From the NCBI GenBank assembly GCA_012295275.1, contig CM022667.1:22196001-22260000 (forward strand): DNA of 64,000 nucleotides, written 5' to 3'. Shown in pieces: positions 22,658-35,767 of this stretch. This DNA is from Chrysomallon squamiferum (lineage: Eukaryota; Animalia; Mollusca). The stretch's first letter is position 1. Every line of letters begins with the position of its first letter. Position numbers and translations under genes: made by a program. Below the pieces are notes generated by a model. That model saw only the letters and a program-made list of their open reading frames with translations, had not been told where the DNA came from and ran no database searches.

Positions 22658-25600
22658 AAATTAGAAAGATGTTGATATTCAGCTTTCTAGACATTTGTGG
22701 ATATTTAATCTATACAAAACCATTTTCTTCTGTGAGAAAATGAACTTAATGCTTCATTATGTTTAATGTAGCTTTAAAACAAATGAATTCTCCATTTTGA
22801 CTGGGATTCAGATTCAGCAACCAAAGGTAGTAATTGAGAAGCCATTATAATATAATATGATGATATAAAATGAAATAAGTTACAAGCAGGCGGTTAGTGC
22901 ATCAGAACTGTGGATACACTTGCATATCTGAAATATTGTACCTTTGATAAAACAAGGATTAATGCTTTCAGTATTATGAATAAAAATGTAAAGTCTGTGT
23001 TATATGTTTTTATTTATTAGAGGTATTTCACATTCAACTGCCCATTGCTGGGTAATTTGAGGATGCAAAATAGCCCTATTTGTAAATTGGCCATGATCAT
23101 TGTTCTGTTATTAACTATTCCAATCACAGAAGTTAAAAAACAAATGAAATTAATGACATGGTTCAGATAACTACAGAGAATAAGTTTCAGTTATGTTTTT
23201 AATTGGTCAGTCCGCCACAACTAGTTGAGGTGTTTGATGCGTGAAGTCACAAATACTTAGTAGGGGTTGTACAAGTATGTAGGTGTTAAGTAAATGAATA
23301 GAGTATGTGAGTAAAGGTACAATCTTCAATACAACAATTACATGTTACTCCAAAATAAAAGGTTTATTTATAGTCTTTTTAATATAAGTATGTATACTTG
23401 TTGTGTTTGTACTAATTACACTAACAATAACTGTAATTAGACAAGTGACTGGTTTTAACCTATTGGGAAATAAGTTGCTCACATTTCCTTCATAAACAAA
23501 AGATTTAATTAATCATGTTACTATATGTTTTATTTGTTGAACATGGTATGTAGCCATGTGGTCAGTGTTCTGTCAGAAATGTGTCTGCAGCAAAGGTGTA
23601 ATTACTCTGGCTGTAAATGATTCTACAAAGACTTGCTGAACAAACAAGTTATTGCCAGTGTTTGCAGTCATCTGTTGGGGATGGTAACCTGCTACCCCAT
23701 GATTTGGACCTGAATTGTTTTGAGAGGTGGTTTTTCAATTATACTTTGTGTATGTGTACATGAGCATACAGGCTCTTATTTTTCTAGGTGGGGGAATGAC
23801 AGGCTGGATAACAGCATTATATATAAATATTATGTTTATGTATACATACATAAATTTTTTATATATATATATATAGACACACACACATGTATATGTATGT
23901 GTATGTATTGTTAATAAATATATATATATATACACATACATACATATACATACATATTAATATATATAAATACTGTTATCTAGTATGTCATCCCCTACCT
24001 GTTTATATATAGACACACATAGAAAAACACACACACAATAAAATGGGGGGTATTTACAATATTTATGCACGTCTGTTTCCAGTAAAGAAATTATATATCT
24101 CCATCGAAGAACTATTTATATCTTTTCAAACTTTTAAATACTCATATGGAATCTGTGTCAGATGTTTTGTTTGTAGTTTTTATGAAATAGTCTTTTAATC
24201 TGGTGTTATCAAAACCAGAGACTTTGTCCAAGTTATTGCTCTGCTTTTTAATTTGAACCATTCTGCTGTAAATTTCGGCGGACAGTTTGCTACAGCCATT
24301 ATACCATCTAATTCAAAATATGTATATGTTGTCTCCTACAACACTACTCATGTTGCCCATAACAACCTATCAGTCTAGTTTGTCAGTGGATGTTATTCTT
24401 TGCACACATGCGAAACAGGAATGTGAAATACCTCTATTAATAAAGTAAAAATTACTTTTAAGTTTCTTAATAAAATAAATATTTGAATATTTTTATTGTA
24501 ATTTGTTTGAAGCATTTATGAAGTTTATTTCTATTGTATACTTTGTTAAAATACATTTATTTATTTGTTTAACTTGTCTGAAATTACCTGTTATCTATTA
24601 TAATGTAACTTGTATACAGCAAAAACAAAGTTATTGAAATTGTTAATATACAAGTGCACAGAACGTACATGTACATATACAGTTGTTATCAATTAACAAT
24701 AAATGGTGTATCATATGCACCTTCCTGTGAAGTTTATGTCATGGTTAAAAATATTTGGAGATACTGGCTTTTTTTTTTTTTTAATTTTGTTCAATCTCAA
24801 ATTTTGGCTTTCATTCACAGATACACACACAAAAGAAACGAAAGAACAACATGGTGCAGAAGGAAAATAATTTTATACAAAATATTTTCAGCAGTGTTGT
24901 TTACAGCAACATAATCACATTCTTTTAACACCAGTCAACAACGATTCTTTTCATTTCCTTTACATATTCATATAATTTTATTCCTGATTATTAACTAGCA
25001 ATCTTGACCTCTGAAAAAATATTTACCATATTTGGTATTTTCAGAATAATAATTTACGATAGAAATCTTATACAAAAAGATTGTGACAGAAAGCAGAAAT
25101 ATATGTGCAGGGATTTAAAAACATAAAAATAGCTAAATAATGAATACAAATATATATGAGAAATCGTGAAAATTATTTGTATGTCAAATAACTATTTTCC
25201 TTGATGAACCTAAAAACATTATAGCTAGTTGTGTATTTTATATTTACAATGTCAAAGTTATGAATAGAATTAATAATCTCTGATAACTAAAAATCTATCT
25301 GTAGATTTGTTGAATCACAGAAGACGTTTTTTAACAAAAATTCCTGGACTAAGTTATTTTAATTATTAGTGTTGTGAACCTTTAGAGATCTCACAGCCAA
25401 ACAATCTAGGTTATTCACAGTATTATTGCAATTATAATGAGTAATTGCATTAATACATCAACTTGTTACAAAAGCTTTAATTATTTCCTTACATTATAAG
25501 CTAATAAAAAATAATACTGTAATTTAGCAATTAAATAACAATTGGAAATAATTTAATATTAAAACTAATTTTTGGCAGTCTTGATTATTAAATGCAAATA

Positions 25601-26039
25601 TATCTGAAAGCCCTTTGGACTGCAGAGTATCACAGTTATATTCACCAAATCACAACCTTCAGAAGCCAGCCCTAAACACTTAACCTCAGATGGAAACCAG
25701 CACCAATTTTAACTACATTCATAACACCTGTTAACAAGTCAGATATTTATACATTTTATTCAAACACAGAATAAAAAATTTTATAAACATTTTACTGTGG
25801 TGGGTCATTACAAATTATAGATATTAGTATGCAAAACAACATTTTATTAAAACACGGATATTCATATACATTATTAAAAATCTTTTTCATTTTACCCAAA
25901 TATAAATTTTATAAATGCAAGTCAGAGATATTAATTACAACCAAAATACAAAGAATTCAAAAGAGATATAATTGTGCATTTTTGACAAGAATGAAATGGA
26001 AGAACTGATCAAAACAAACTCATTAAAGGACATATACAT

Positions 26040-29000
26040 TCAAATACATTCTCCTTTCAAATCTAAATACATTTTGCCAAGTTGAGTCCCAAACACCATT
26101 GTACAGTGGTAAATACCTATCTCCTTTGCTCGAAATTCCACCGGGCACTTCATTAACTTATTCCCTCTGAAATAACAGATTTCAAACCAATTTATATTAA
26201 CTTTCATAAAATTAACTAAAGATATTAAAAGATTTTGTTTATTATGAAAATAATATGAAACATTTTTAATATATATATTTTTTATATGTTAGATTATTAA
26301 ATAAATGATCAAAATCAGTTTTCCTGAGCTAAAACTTAACTGACAATTGTTTTGAAAACACTGTCAAACAAAGCAAATAATTACATGTTCTAGAAGATCA
26401 TAAATGTTAAATTAATATGAAATCTATTCTTATGTTATCTTCTCAAACTTGAATTTATATTTATACTTTAGTATTATTTAAGATTTTAATGTTTAAAACT
26501 AAAACTTACTTGATGGTGAATACTGTGTGTCGAATATAAAAAGGTGGACGAGGGGCAACAGCAACCTTTATCTGAAAACAAACAAAACAGTATGAAAATA
26601 TATTGTTAGTTTTGTTTTTTCATTCACATATACTTCATTGTTTCATTCAACTTTTGTTTAATCTGTTTATATAGGAGTAAACTTACTACTTTGTTTTTAA
26701 TTTAAAGAATTATCTTTTTCAGAAAAGAAAATTAATAAATAACATTAATAATGGATAACTTTCTTAAAATAATCCTCGAAATACAGAGTCTATTATTTGT
26801 AATACATAATTCATGAATTGTCAGTTGATGTTGAATTGATAAAAACAAAAGGGTCATTCCGTGTCAAAACACCCCCCCCCAAAAAAAAAAATTTAAACCC
26901 GACTGTCTCAGATTTTTATGAAACTTGGTACACTTGTTGACTGGGATCCCATAGCATAAATTTTATGCCAATCAGACAAGTGGTGTGGGAGATATGGCCC
27001 TCCGAATTTTGAGATTTTTGGCAAAAATGGGCGTGACCACCAACCTTTGAACCCTCATATCTCAGGAACTACTGGGCCAATCCTTCAGGTATTCCTTCAA
27101 AGATGTCAGGTGGGTTTTAACTCCAATGATGAGTTTTTGGTCTCAGAGAAATGTATACATGTAGAAAATGTACTTTGTAATGCACTGTATCAATCATCCA
27201 TGCAGGCATACATTTTTTAAATCTATATTATGGCTAAACAAAAAATATTACACACAGGAAACTTTTATGTTTTAGTTAACATGTGGCAGATTTAATTTCA
27301 ATAAAGGTCATCTCAAAGTCACATGATCCACACGGTCAAATTCAAGGTCAAAACAAAGGTCAAAAGGTCAATGTACCCCAAAAATTTCCAAACTGAACGG
27401 AATCCTTGTCATATTGCCTTTTCAACAATACCAATTTTATGAAGATTGGCCCAGTAGTTCCTGAGATATGAAGGTTCAAAGGTTGGTGGTCACTCCCATT
27501 TTTGCCAAAAATCTCAAAATTCGGAGGGCCATATCTCCCACACCACTTGTCTGATTGGCATAAAATTTCAGATTTGGTGCTGTGGGATCCCAGTCAACAA
27601 GTATACCAAGTTTCATAAAAATCTGAGACGGTCGGGTTTAACCCATTGGGTGATTTGATACGGAATGACCCAAAATATATATATCTACCTCATACTGTTC
27701 ATCAGAGTCATTTCCGATCTGTATTTTTCTGCTGATTGATGTGCCAATCTCAGTAGGAGGAAATGTCAGACAGGATGATGTCAGATACACACAGTTACGT
27801 CCTTTCTTTTCTCTAAAAAAGAATACATCAAATGTTCTTTCATTATAAGAAAAAGGGCTATGAATTATGGTCCAGGCAACACAAAATAGGTTATAGTCTA
27901 TTTAGATATATTTGGTTTAAAATAATATTATCGCAGTTCAGGTTTAAATATAACACTTACGACGGTTTGTTTTCACAGACTGGTTTAACTTTGTTTTCTG
28001 ACACAGGATGTTCAAGTACCACTCCTCTTGGTAGTGCTGTGTTTTGTTCAGTTCCAGGCTGGGCCTGTCACATGAATAACAAAAAATAGGGATCATATTT
28101 TCAAGATTATAAAATAGTATATCAGAATCCAAACTCGAGCACAATATAATTAATAACAAAAATATTATAATAAATAACTCATTAAATATTTTGGATCATA
28201 CTTTTCAAAATTAAATAAAATGTGTTTCAATTTATGACAATTATAACTGCCTGGCAAATTACGTGGGTTTTTTAACAAAATAGTTTAGAAGAAGATTAAT
28301 CATCTCTTAATGCTTTTTAACTATAATCTTGTAAAACAATGTCAGTAATATTAATCAGCTGTAATGAAACTACTTGGTTGAAGAGCAATTCTTGTTTCTC
28401 TTGCACATAGCAGTAAAAGCAGAATGAAATACTGACCTCTCCAACAAGATGCACTCTGGTTGTGGCCGATGTTTTCCCTAGAGTACTCTTCACTTTACAG
28501 ATGATGTCCCAGTACTGTGTGTACAGACCTTTAGATTGAGGTTGAAAACACACTGAAATCTGAACACACATAATAGTACTGATAACTAATTTTGATTTTA
28601 AAATTTTAATAGCTTTCCTTTCTTTTTTAAATTATATTGAGGATATAGTACCACCCAACAGAAACTTATTACTAATTATCATAATCTACTAGGATTTGTT
28701 TACGAATCATCCACTTCCAAAAATGTGTAAGCTAATTCAAAAAATAAATTAGTATTAATTGTTTCCATTATGTCATATTCATATACTCTTTTTTAAACTA
28801 TCTACATAAAGTATTAAAAACACAAACACAAAAAAATAATGGCTGAGACTGTCATGATTTACCTTAGCTGTTTCATTAGGTTTTAGCTGGCCTGATTTCT
28901 CAACAAAGAGAAAAACAGAGTATTTCAGTCTGAACACATCCTTTCTGTCACCAACACCTTTCACATAGGGTGGTGCAAATGATGACAACATCCAAAATAT

Positions 29001-32000
29001 TGGGCAGCCTGAGATATTTGTGAATTGAAGAATGTCCTCTGAAATAAAATCAGAAAAACTAAAACATTAAAATACTCAGAACATTTTAATAATAATAAAA
29101 AACCCAGTTAAATTAGTTTTTATTAAATATACTGCATACTTAATAAACAAGTTCAAATTTTATTTTCTGTTTTTAATTTTTATTAATAAACAGAAATATT
29201 CTTATAAAGTTTTGAGGTAAAGCACCAAGCTCTCTTTAAAAAAGTCACATTAAAACTGTTAAAATATTATCAAATGTTATGTAATTTATATCTAAAGTTT
29301 TCACCTGGAGTAGATTTCTAAATATTAAATAGTTTTTGTTGCTGCTCATACACAGTCCACATACAATTAATTTTGTTCTAAATTCTTTTTTATTAAATAA
29401 TTTATTTCTTTTTCTTTTGTTTTGAATCCATCATTACAAACAAAAAGAAAAACTGTAGAATATCTAAGAGTTACATGAACTCTTACCACTATGACTGCCA
29501 ACTTTTGTGAAAGGGAAGCGAACCTCCAGACTGCCCATCTGGATAGCATCATTCAGTGTATTTGGTACAATGGACTGAATGGTGGTCAGCTGCACACTAA
29601 GGTTGTTGAAAGAGCTGTCATTTGGACACTGGTCTGTGGGAACATCCATTTTTAGCTGGACCTGTACCAGCTGGGAAAAAACAAAACAAATAATTCAAAA
29701 ATATATTTTATCTGTTTAAGCTGGCAACAATTTGTCTAGTAAAAAATTTCCTGGATTACTCTTTCCAATAACTAATTTTCAATCTCCTGCAATAAGGTAA
29801 ATATATGTACTGTAAAAATACACAATTTATTAACTTTTTCAATTTATGTTTTAAAATTTACAGAGACAAAACAAAACTGAAATCTGTTTGCAATCAGTGA
29901 ATTTTAAATTCTATTGCAGACTCTTCAGCATTACGAATGAAATAATACTGAAAACATAAAAACAATTCATATTTATGAATAGCTGTTAGTCAAAATTAAA
30001 GACAAAAAGAATTTTCACCTTTGACACATTATTAGCATCCACTTTGATAGTTCCATTCCACAGCATCTGGTCAAGATGTTTGTAAGCATTAGCTGTGGGC
30101 ATCACTGAGAGAGAAATGCTACTCCTGTAACAAAATTACTCACTTCTAAAACACTTTTAAATATATGACAAAATGAATTATACCTTTTAAATGAATGATT
30201 ATTACATTGTTCTTTTTTCTACTATTGTTGCTAATATAAACCATAAACTCACTACAGCCATTACATGAGTTACTCTTACTGATTGGCATTAAGTGAAAAA
30301 GGGAAATAGCAAATATCCGGATCATATGATAAATTAAAAACCAAAATTTATGATTTGCCTTTCACTTACTTGGGACTGACAATTCCATGAGTAGGATCAA
30401 CTATCAACATGTGACCAGGCCACTGCAGTTCATATCTAGAATAAAAATGTCCTGCATTATCCAACCCTGTCTAGTTTAAAAAAAAAGAAATTGTACAATA
30501 TCACTGCACAGACTGATAAATGTTCTATTACTGTTGGATTGATTGAACATTTGTTATTTTTATTATTATATTTTTCAAACAGCATTGACAAAATTATTCA
30601 ATTAATTAAAAAGCCAGTAAGAACCAGTGTGTGTAAAATGGCTGGACCTGAAAACCGATTAGTTAGCCCAGGTGGAGAAGGAAGGGTAAAAGTCCCAACA
30701 CTTTAAAGAAGACTGGTACAGTAATAAAAATTCACCTCATGTTTCTGTTGGCATAGTTTAGAATCTGAAATTTCTTTGACCTTGAAGTTTCATTACCTGA
30801 AATACAATTTCTTATGAAAATACAAAAATTCAGATTAATGCTAATTACTTTATGAAGAACTATAGAATATTTTATTATTATTTTAATTAATGTTTTGTGT
30901 TTGTTATTGTTTTGGTATAAGTATTTGCTTATTTAAAAATAACAAAACTGTACTATAAATGACATTATATCCTGTCTAGTGGTGTCTTGGTGAAGAATGG
31001 TCTACTTACTTGAATGATACACTGATAAAATAATCTGTTCAGGTTGTACTTCCCAGTCACTAACAAACATCTCTTGTCGCATGTTCACAGGCTTGTCAGA
31101 AATGTTTTGTACTGAATTCCTGTAAAAACAAACTATAGACAATGAATAAAATATCAAATAATAAACCATTCAGTTTGCTAATCAAACCTGTTAAAACATA
31201 ATAATACATAATGATACTACAAGCTGGTTTTGCAGCTAGATGTTTTTCTTTTCTTCACACATACAATTAAATACATTTATTTGACAATAAAAAATCATAC
31301 CAATATGTAGGATAAAAAAAGTCTCATGTACCGTTTGGCAGTGATGTCTAGTGAGGAAGAAGTATTAGCCATGTGTCTTCGTAACAATCCAGTTTCATAT
31401 GATGATCGTACTGGTGTTGTCATGGAGAGATCTCTACATACTGGTGATTCAGCAATCAGTGCTAGACAGGTTTGGTTCATTGATAAGTAAAATGCATCAA
31501 TGTCCTCTTTAACTGCTGCCTGAGTATTTTCTGAAATCATATCAGATTTTACATTAATTTACTCACAACATGTATTTTAGTAAATACTGGTCATGTTTGG
31601 CATCTCTGCTGAAATTCTAGATTTCCTGTATCATTCAGAATTTCAGCACAGTTTCATCAGCTGATGGGTCATTTATGTTCTTGGTTGCTAAATCTAAAAT
31701 CTAGTAGATAGAGAATGGAGAATTATACTTTAATAATTACATACCCCCTTCAATCTGTGGTTGCTCTCCCATATACACCACACCAAAATCAATTCCTTGT
31801 AGTGCAGGACTCTTCACTGAGATCTTTGATGACAGTTTCTTGATCACAGCACTTAAAAAAAAAAAAAATAATAATAATAATAATAATATTAATAATGATT
31901 AACAATAATGCATTATTCTAGCAGTTTAGCAAATATGTAAGTGTATTTTTTAAGTCAATCACTTAAAACAATTTATATGCATTTCTTTTGTAAACATTCA

Positions 32001-35000
32001 TCTTTCCAAAACCATATAGGATATTTCTGATAACATAACTGTTTTCTGACCTACTGATTTATGTCTATTTAAGCATGATTCCACTCTGGATAGAGGTACT
32101 CAGATGGTATGTTCCCAAAATTGGCGGTCTTCAGATTAGGTAAGCAGTGAGGTGTTCTAATCCGCTTCCAGAAATGGGAAAACTGGCGTGAGCAATTAAG
32201 GCCAATTTAGAAGCATGGGGATAATGAGATGTGTGAAGAATAGATGGGGCGATTAACAAGATTAACCTTAATGAGAAGTAAAGAGTAGAGGTGAGCCGGA
32301 ATAGAGATTGCAAGAAAATTAATGTTTGGAGACATGAAATTAATGTTATATCTCAGTAAAATTTGGAGACAGGAAATACTACCAGAAGACAAGCACAAGC
32401 TCTTCCAGCTGGGATTGGAGTATGTCACGTGTACCTGGGACACTGCTTCCCACTTGTCAGCTTGCGGTGAAGTGCTTTCTGGGACATTTTGTGTGTAAAG
32501 TGTGACTGAATGTGCTTTCAAATTGTGGACAAAATACTGTTTAACAAAAGTACATCAGTTAAGGTGAAGGAACACCAATTAGTAAGGGTGAGCAATAAAC
32601 TGCCAGAAATGGAACAACTGGCGTGTCCAGTTAAGATGCGTTATAATCTCACTGCCAGATTCGGGAATGCCAGACACACATATATTTATGTTGAGAAAAG
32701 AAGAGAAGGAATTAGAAAAATAAATTATTACCGTCTATAATTTTGTCTTAGGATCTCATCTCCCCAGTAAAAGATGACATAGGCCATCACTTCTTTGTTC
32801 TCTCTACACAAAGTTAGCTCCCTGTTTGAGGGGTTCATTGTAACGGAAATCACCTGAAACAACATAAAATATATTAAATACACTTATATTATATATATTC
32901 TTTAATAAGATAAATCCCAAATTAAACAATTAAATTAATATTTCAAAACAAGCATTTACAAAACTACACAGTACCTTGCAATCATTTGGAGCAACCACAA
33001 ATTCATTGGGATCCACTGCAATATTTCCAGGTTTTAGTGCACTGCAACCATGACGATCTGAATTTTAAAATAATTAAAAAGACTAATAAAAGATTACAAA
33101 TATATAATTTATTTTACAGTTTAACTCTAACCCTTTAAAAGAAAAAATGAGTAATAATAAAACAATAAAAACCTAATTACTTTTTAAAAAAATAATAAAA
33201 AAGATCTTTCAAAATATATAATTAAAAATTTATCTTCAGCATATATATATTGATGAAAAAATATAATGCAATAAGTATCTGTTCATAATTTATACAAGTA
33301 ATTTAAATTATTTGTGAATTAAACAATAAATTAACGAATTAAATATTGTTATTGTCAAAGGAATCAAAGATTTCAAACAGAAAATACTCTCTGTGGTCTT
33401 GTGTATGACATTAATAATAAAAAATACATATAAAACTTGCACACAACATTAACAATATAATACATAAAAACTTCTGTATAACATTAATAATAAAGTCTTA
33501 CCAGCACAGATCACAGCTCTCACATAGGCAGCTTTTTGTCCTGAGTTTTTCAGGATCACTTTTGCTGTTGAATTAATCCCTTTTGATAAAGTCCCCATGC
33601 TCATTTGAAAAAGTCCCAAACCAACTTCCCCTACACCTTCCAATGCAATACAGCTTGTTCCACCATACCCTGATAAAGCAATCTGGAACAACATTTCAGT
33701 GTCAAACTTTTAGATAGGAAAGGGGATTAATTTTTTCGCCCTATTAAGACTTTATAGTTTTTCTATCATTAACACAATCCAAAATAAAATAAAATTACAA
33801 CCTACAGTTTGTTAATTTTGTGCGAATAAGTATATTTATTTTCTATCCTGTTTATTTAATGAAATTGTTTTTCAAGAATTAAGAGAATAATGTTATTAGT
33901 AGTAAATATCCAAAACACATAATTTTAATTCTTTTAATTTTATTTTGTAAAACTAAAAATAATGTATTAAGATTGCAATTATTATTAAAATTCGACTTTT
34001 AACATGCAAATAAACAAGGGATAAAAAAAAAGAATGTCATATGAAATGTCTTTTTAAGTTGGTGCATTGATTTTCTGGAACAGTATATTTGAAGTTTCAT
34101 TTGTTTACAATTCTGATACTGACACAAAACTTGGATCCGCTGTGTCTAAAGACAAGTTTTCCGGTGCAGTATTTCTGAGTTGAAGGAGCAAACAGTACAT
34201 GGATAGTCAACCTTTCTTTTGGTTTCACAACAACTTTATCAGGATTCTGACTAACTCCAGTACTACTCAACACTTCCTGCAGCTGTGGGTGGTAAAAAAA
34301 AAAATGAAGTTAACTGAATTTGGATGAATGATTCTAGTATTTTCAAAAACTGATGCATTTTGTTTGTTGATGTCATACACCTCTGTTAAAAAAATAAAAC
34401 ATTTTACAATTAAAAATATTTCACTGTGTATATCCCATGTTAGACTTAAATCAATACTAATTTCGATGTGCTAACAAGACCAAAAATATTGCTACTAAAG
34501 TATGTTACTCTTTAAACTAGAACAGAAATGTAATTGAAGAATTGTAAAATGAATTAGGGTACATGTATAATTATTTTGCATTGTAGAAATATTGTAAAAA
34601 TCTGACCTGGAAACAAGGTAATTCACTCTTGATAGCTACATTAGTCATGACAGATGAACTTCCAGAATTCTGAATAATTGTCTTTAGAAGTCTGAAATAA
34701 ACACATTTACTATTGTTAAAGATAGATCATTTTAAAAAAAATCATACATTACATATTTTAAAAAAAAAACAAGAAAAAACAACCAAAACCCCACCCTATT
34801 TAAAAAATTACAAAAATAAAATTAATAACAAAATTTAATTTAAAAGTAGTTTAGAACAAAATGAAATTACAGTACATATATAATGCACAACTATTTATAT
34901 TAAATAGAATCTGATTAATCAGATTTGAAGACAAGTAAGTATTTGGAGCCATACCTTAAAACATTTCCAGGAAGTGAAATCACAAACATGATAAAGTGCA

Positions 35001-35718
35001 TTGTCATTTCATTCATTTAAACTAAAAATATTTAAGTAAATAATCCATATATAATGGCTAGAAATGAAGAAAGAGGGGTAATATGTCTTTAATGTAGATC
35101 AGTAATTTTAATTTCTTTTTCATTACATTTGAATGGTTTTTCTGGTGGGATCATAGATAACTGGATCTAGCTGCTACAAACAAGGGGTACTTACTTAGCC
35201 TGGCCTAGCACAACTCCCCCAAACACTAGAGCACCCTTATTACCCTGCAGTAGTGAAGCAGTTATCACCTGTCCTACAAAGCCAAGTTCATATGCTTGTG
35301 ACTCAGGTTCTGTCAGCATGACCAACAACCTGGATGGAACCGTCAACAAATTTATACAGTGAAATATAACAAGTGATATAATATATATACGGCTAATTAC
35401 AAATCTGTGTAAAAATCACTAAAAGTATATATAAAATAGAAACTGATATTTGTGTACCAGTCTATGAGTTTTATTCAAGCAAAATGTAACATAAATAAAT
35501 AAGTAAATAAATAAGTAAATAAATAAATAAATAAATAAATTAATTAATTAATTAATAATAATAATAATCATATAAAATAAAACAGATTTTGTGTTGTCAG
35601 TATAGAAATTACAATTTTTTTCAGCAACTCAGAAAAAGACTAGCATATACAGCCATCTAAATATATGGTTTAAATTTTTTATTATTTATAAATTTAAATA
35701 TTTTGTTGGCACTTTTTA

Positions 35719-35767
<49 letters not shown>

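Noticed and set aside
25600-25728. Possible extra terminal CEP192 exon after TTAACAG
   Set aside because: The preceding exon already ends in a stop at the position homologous to the human C-terminus; at most this is 3' UTR sequence.
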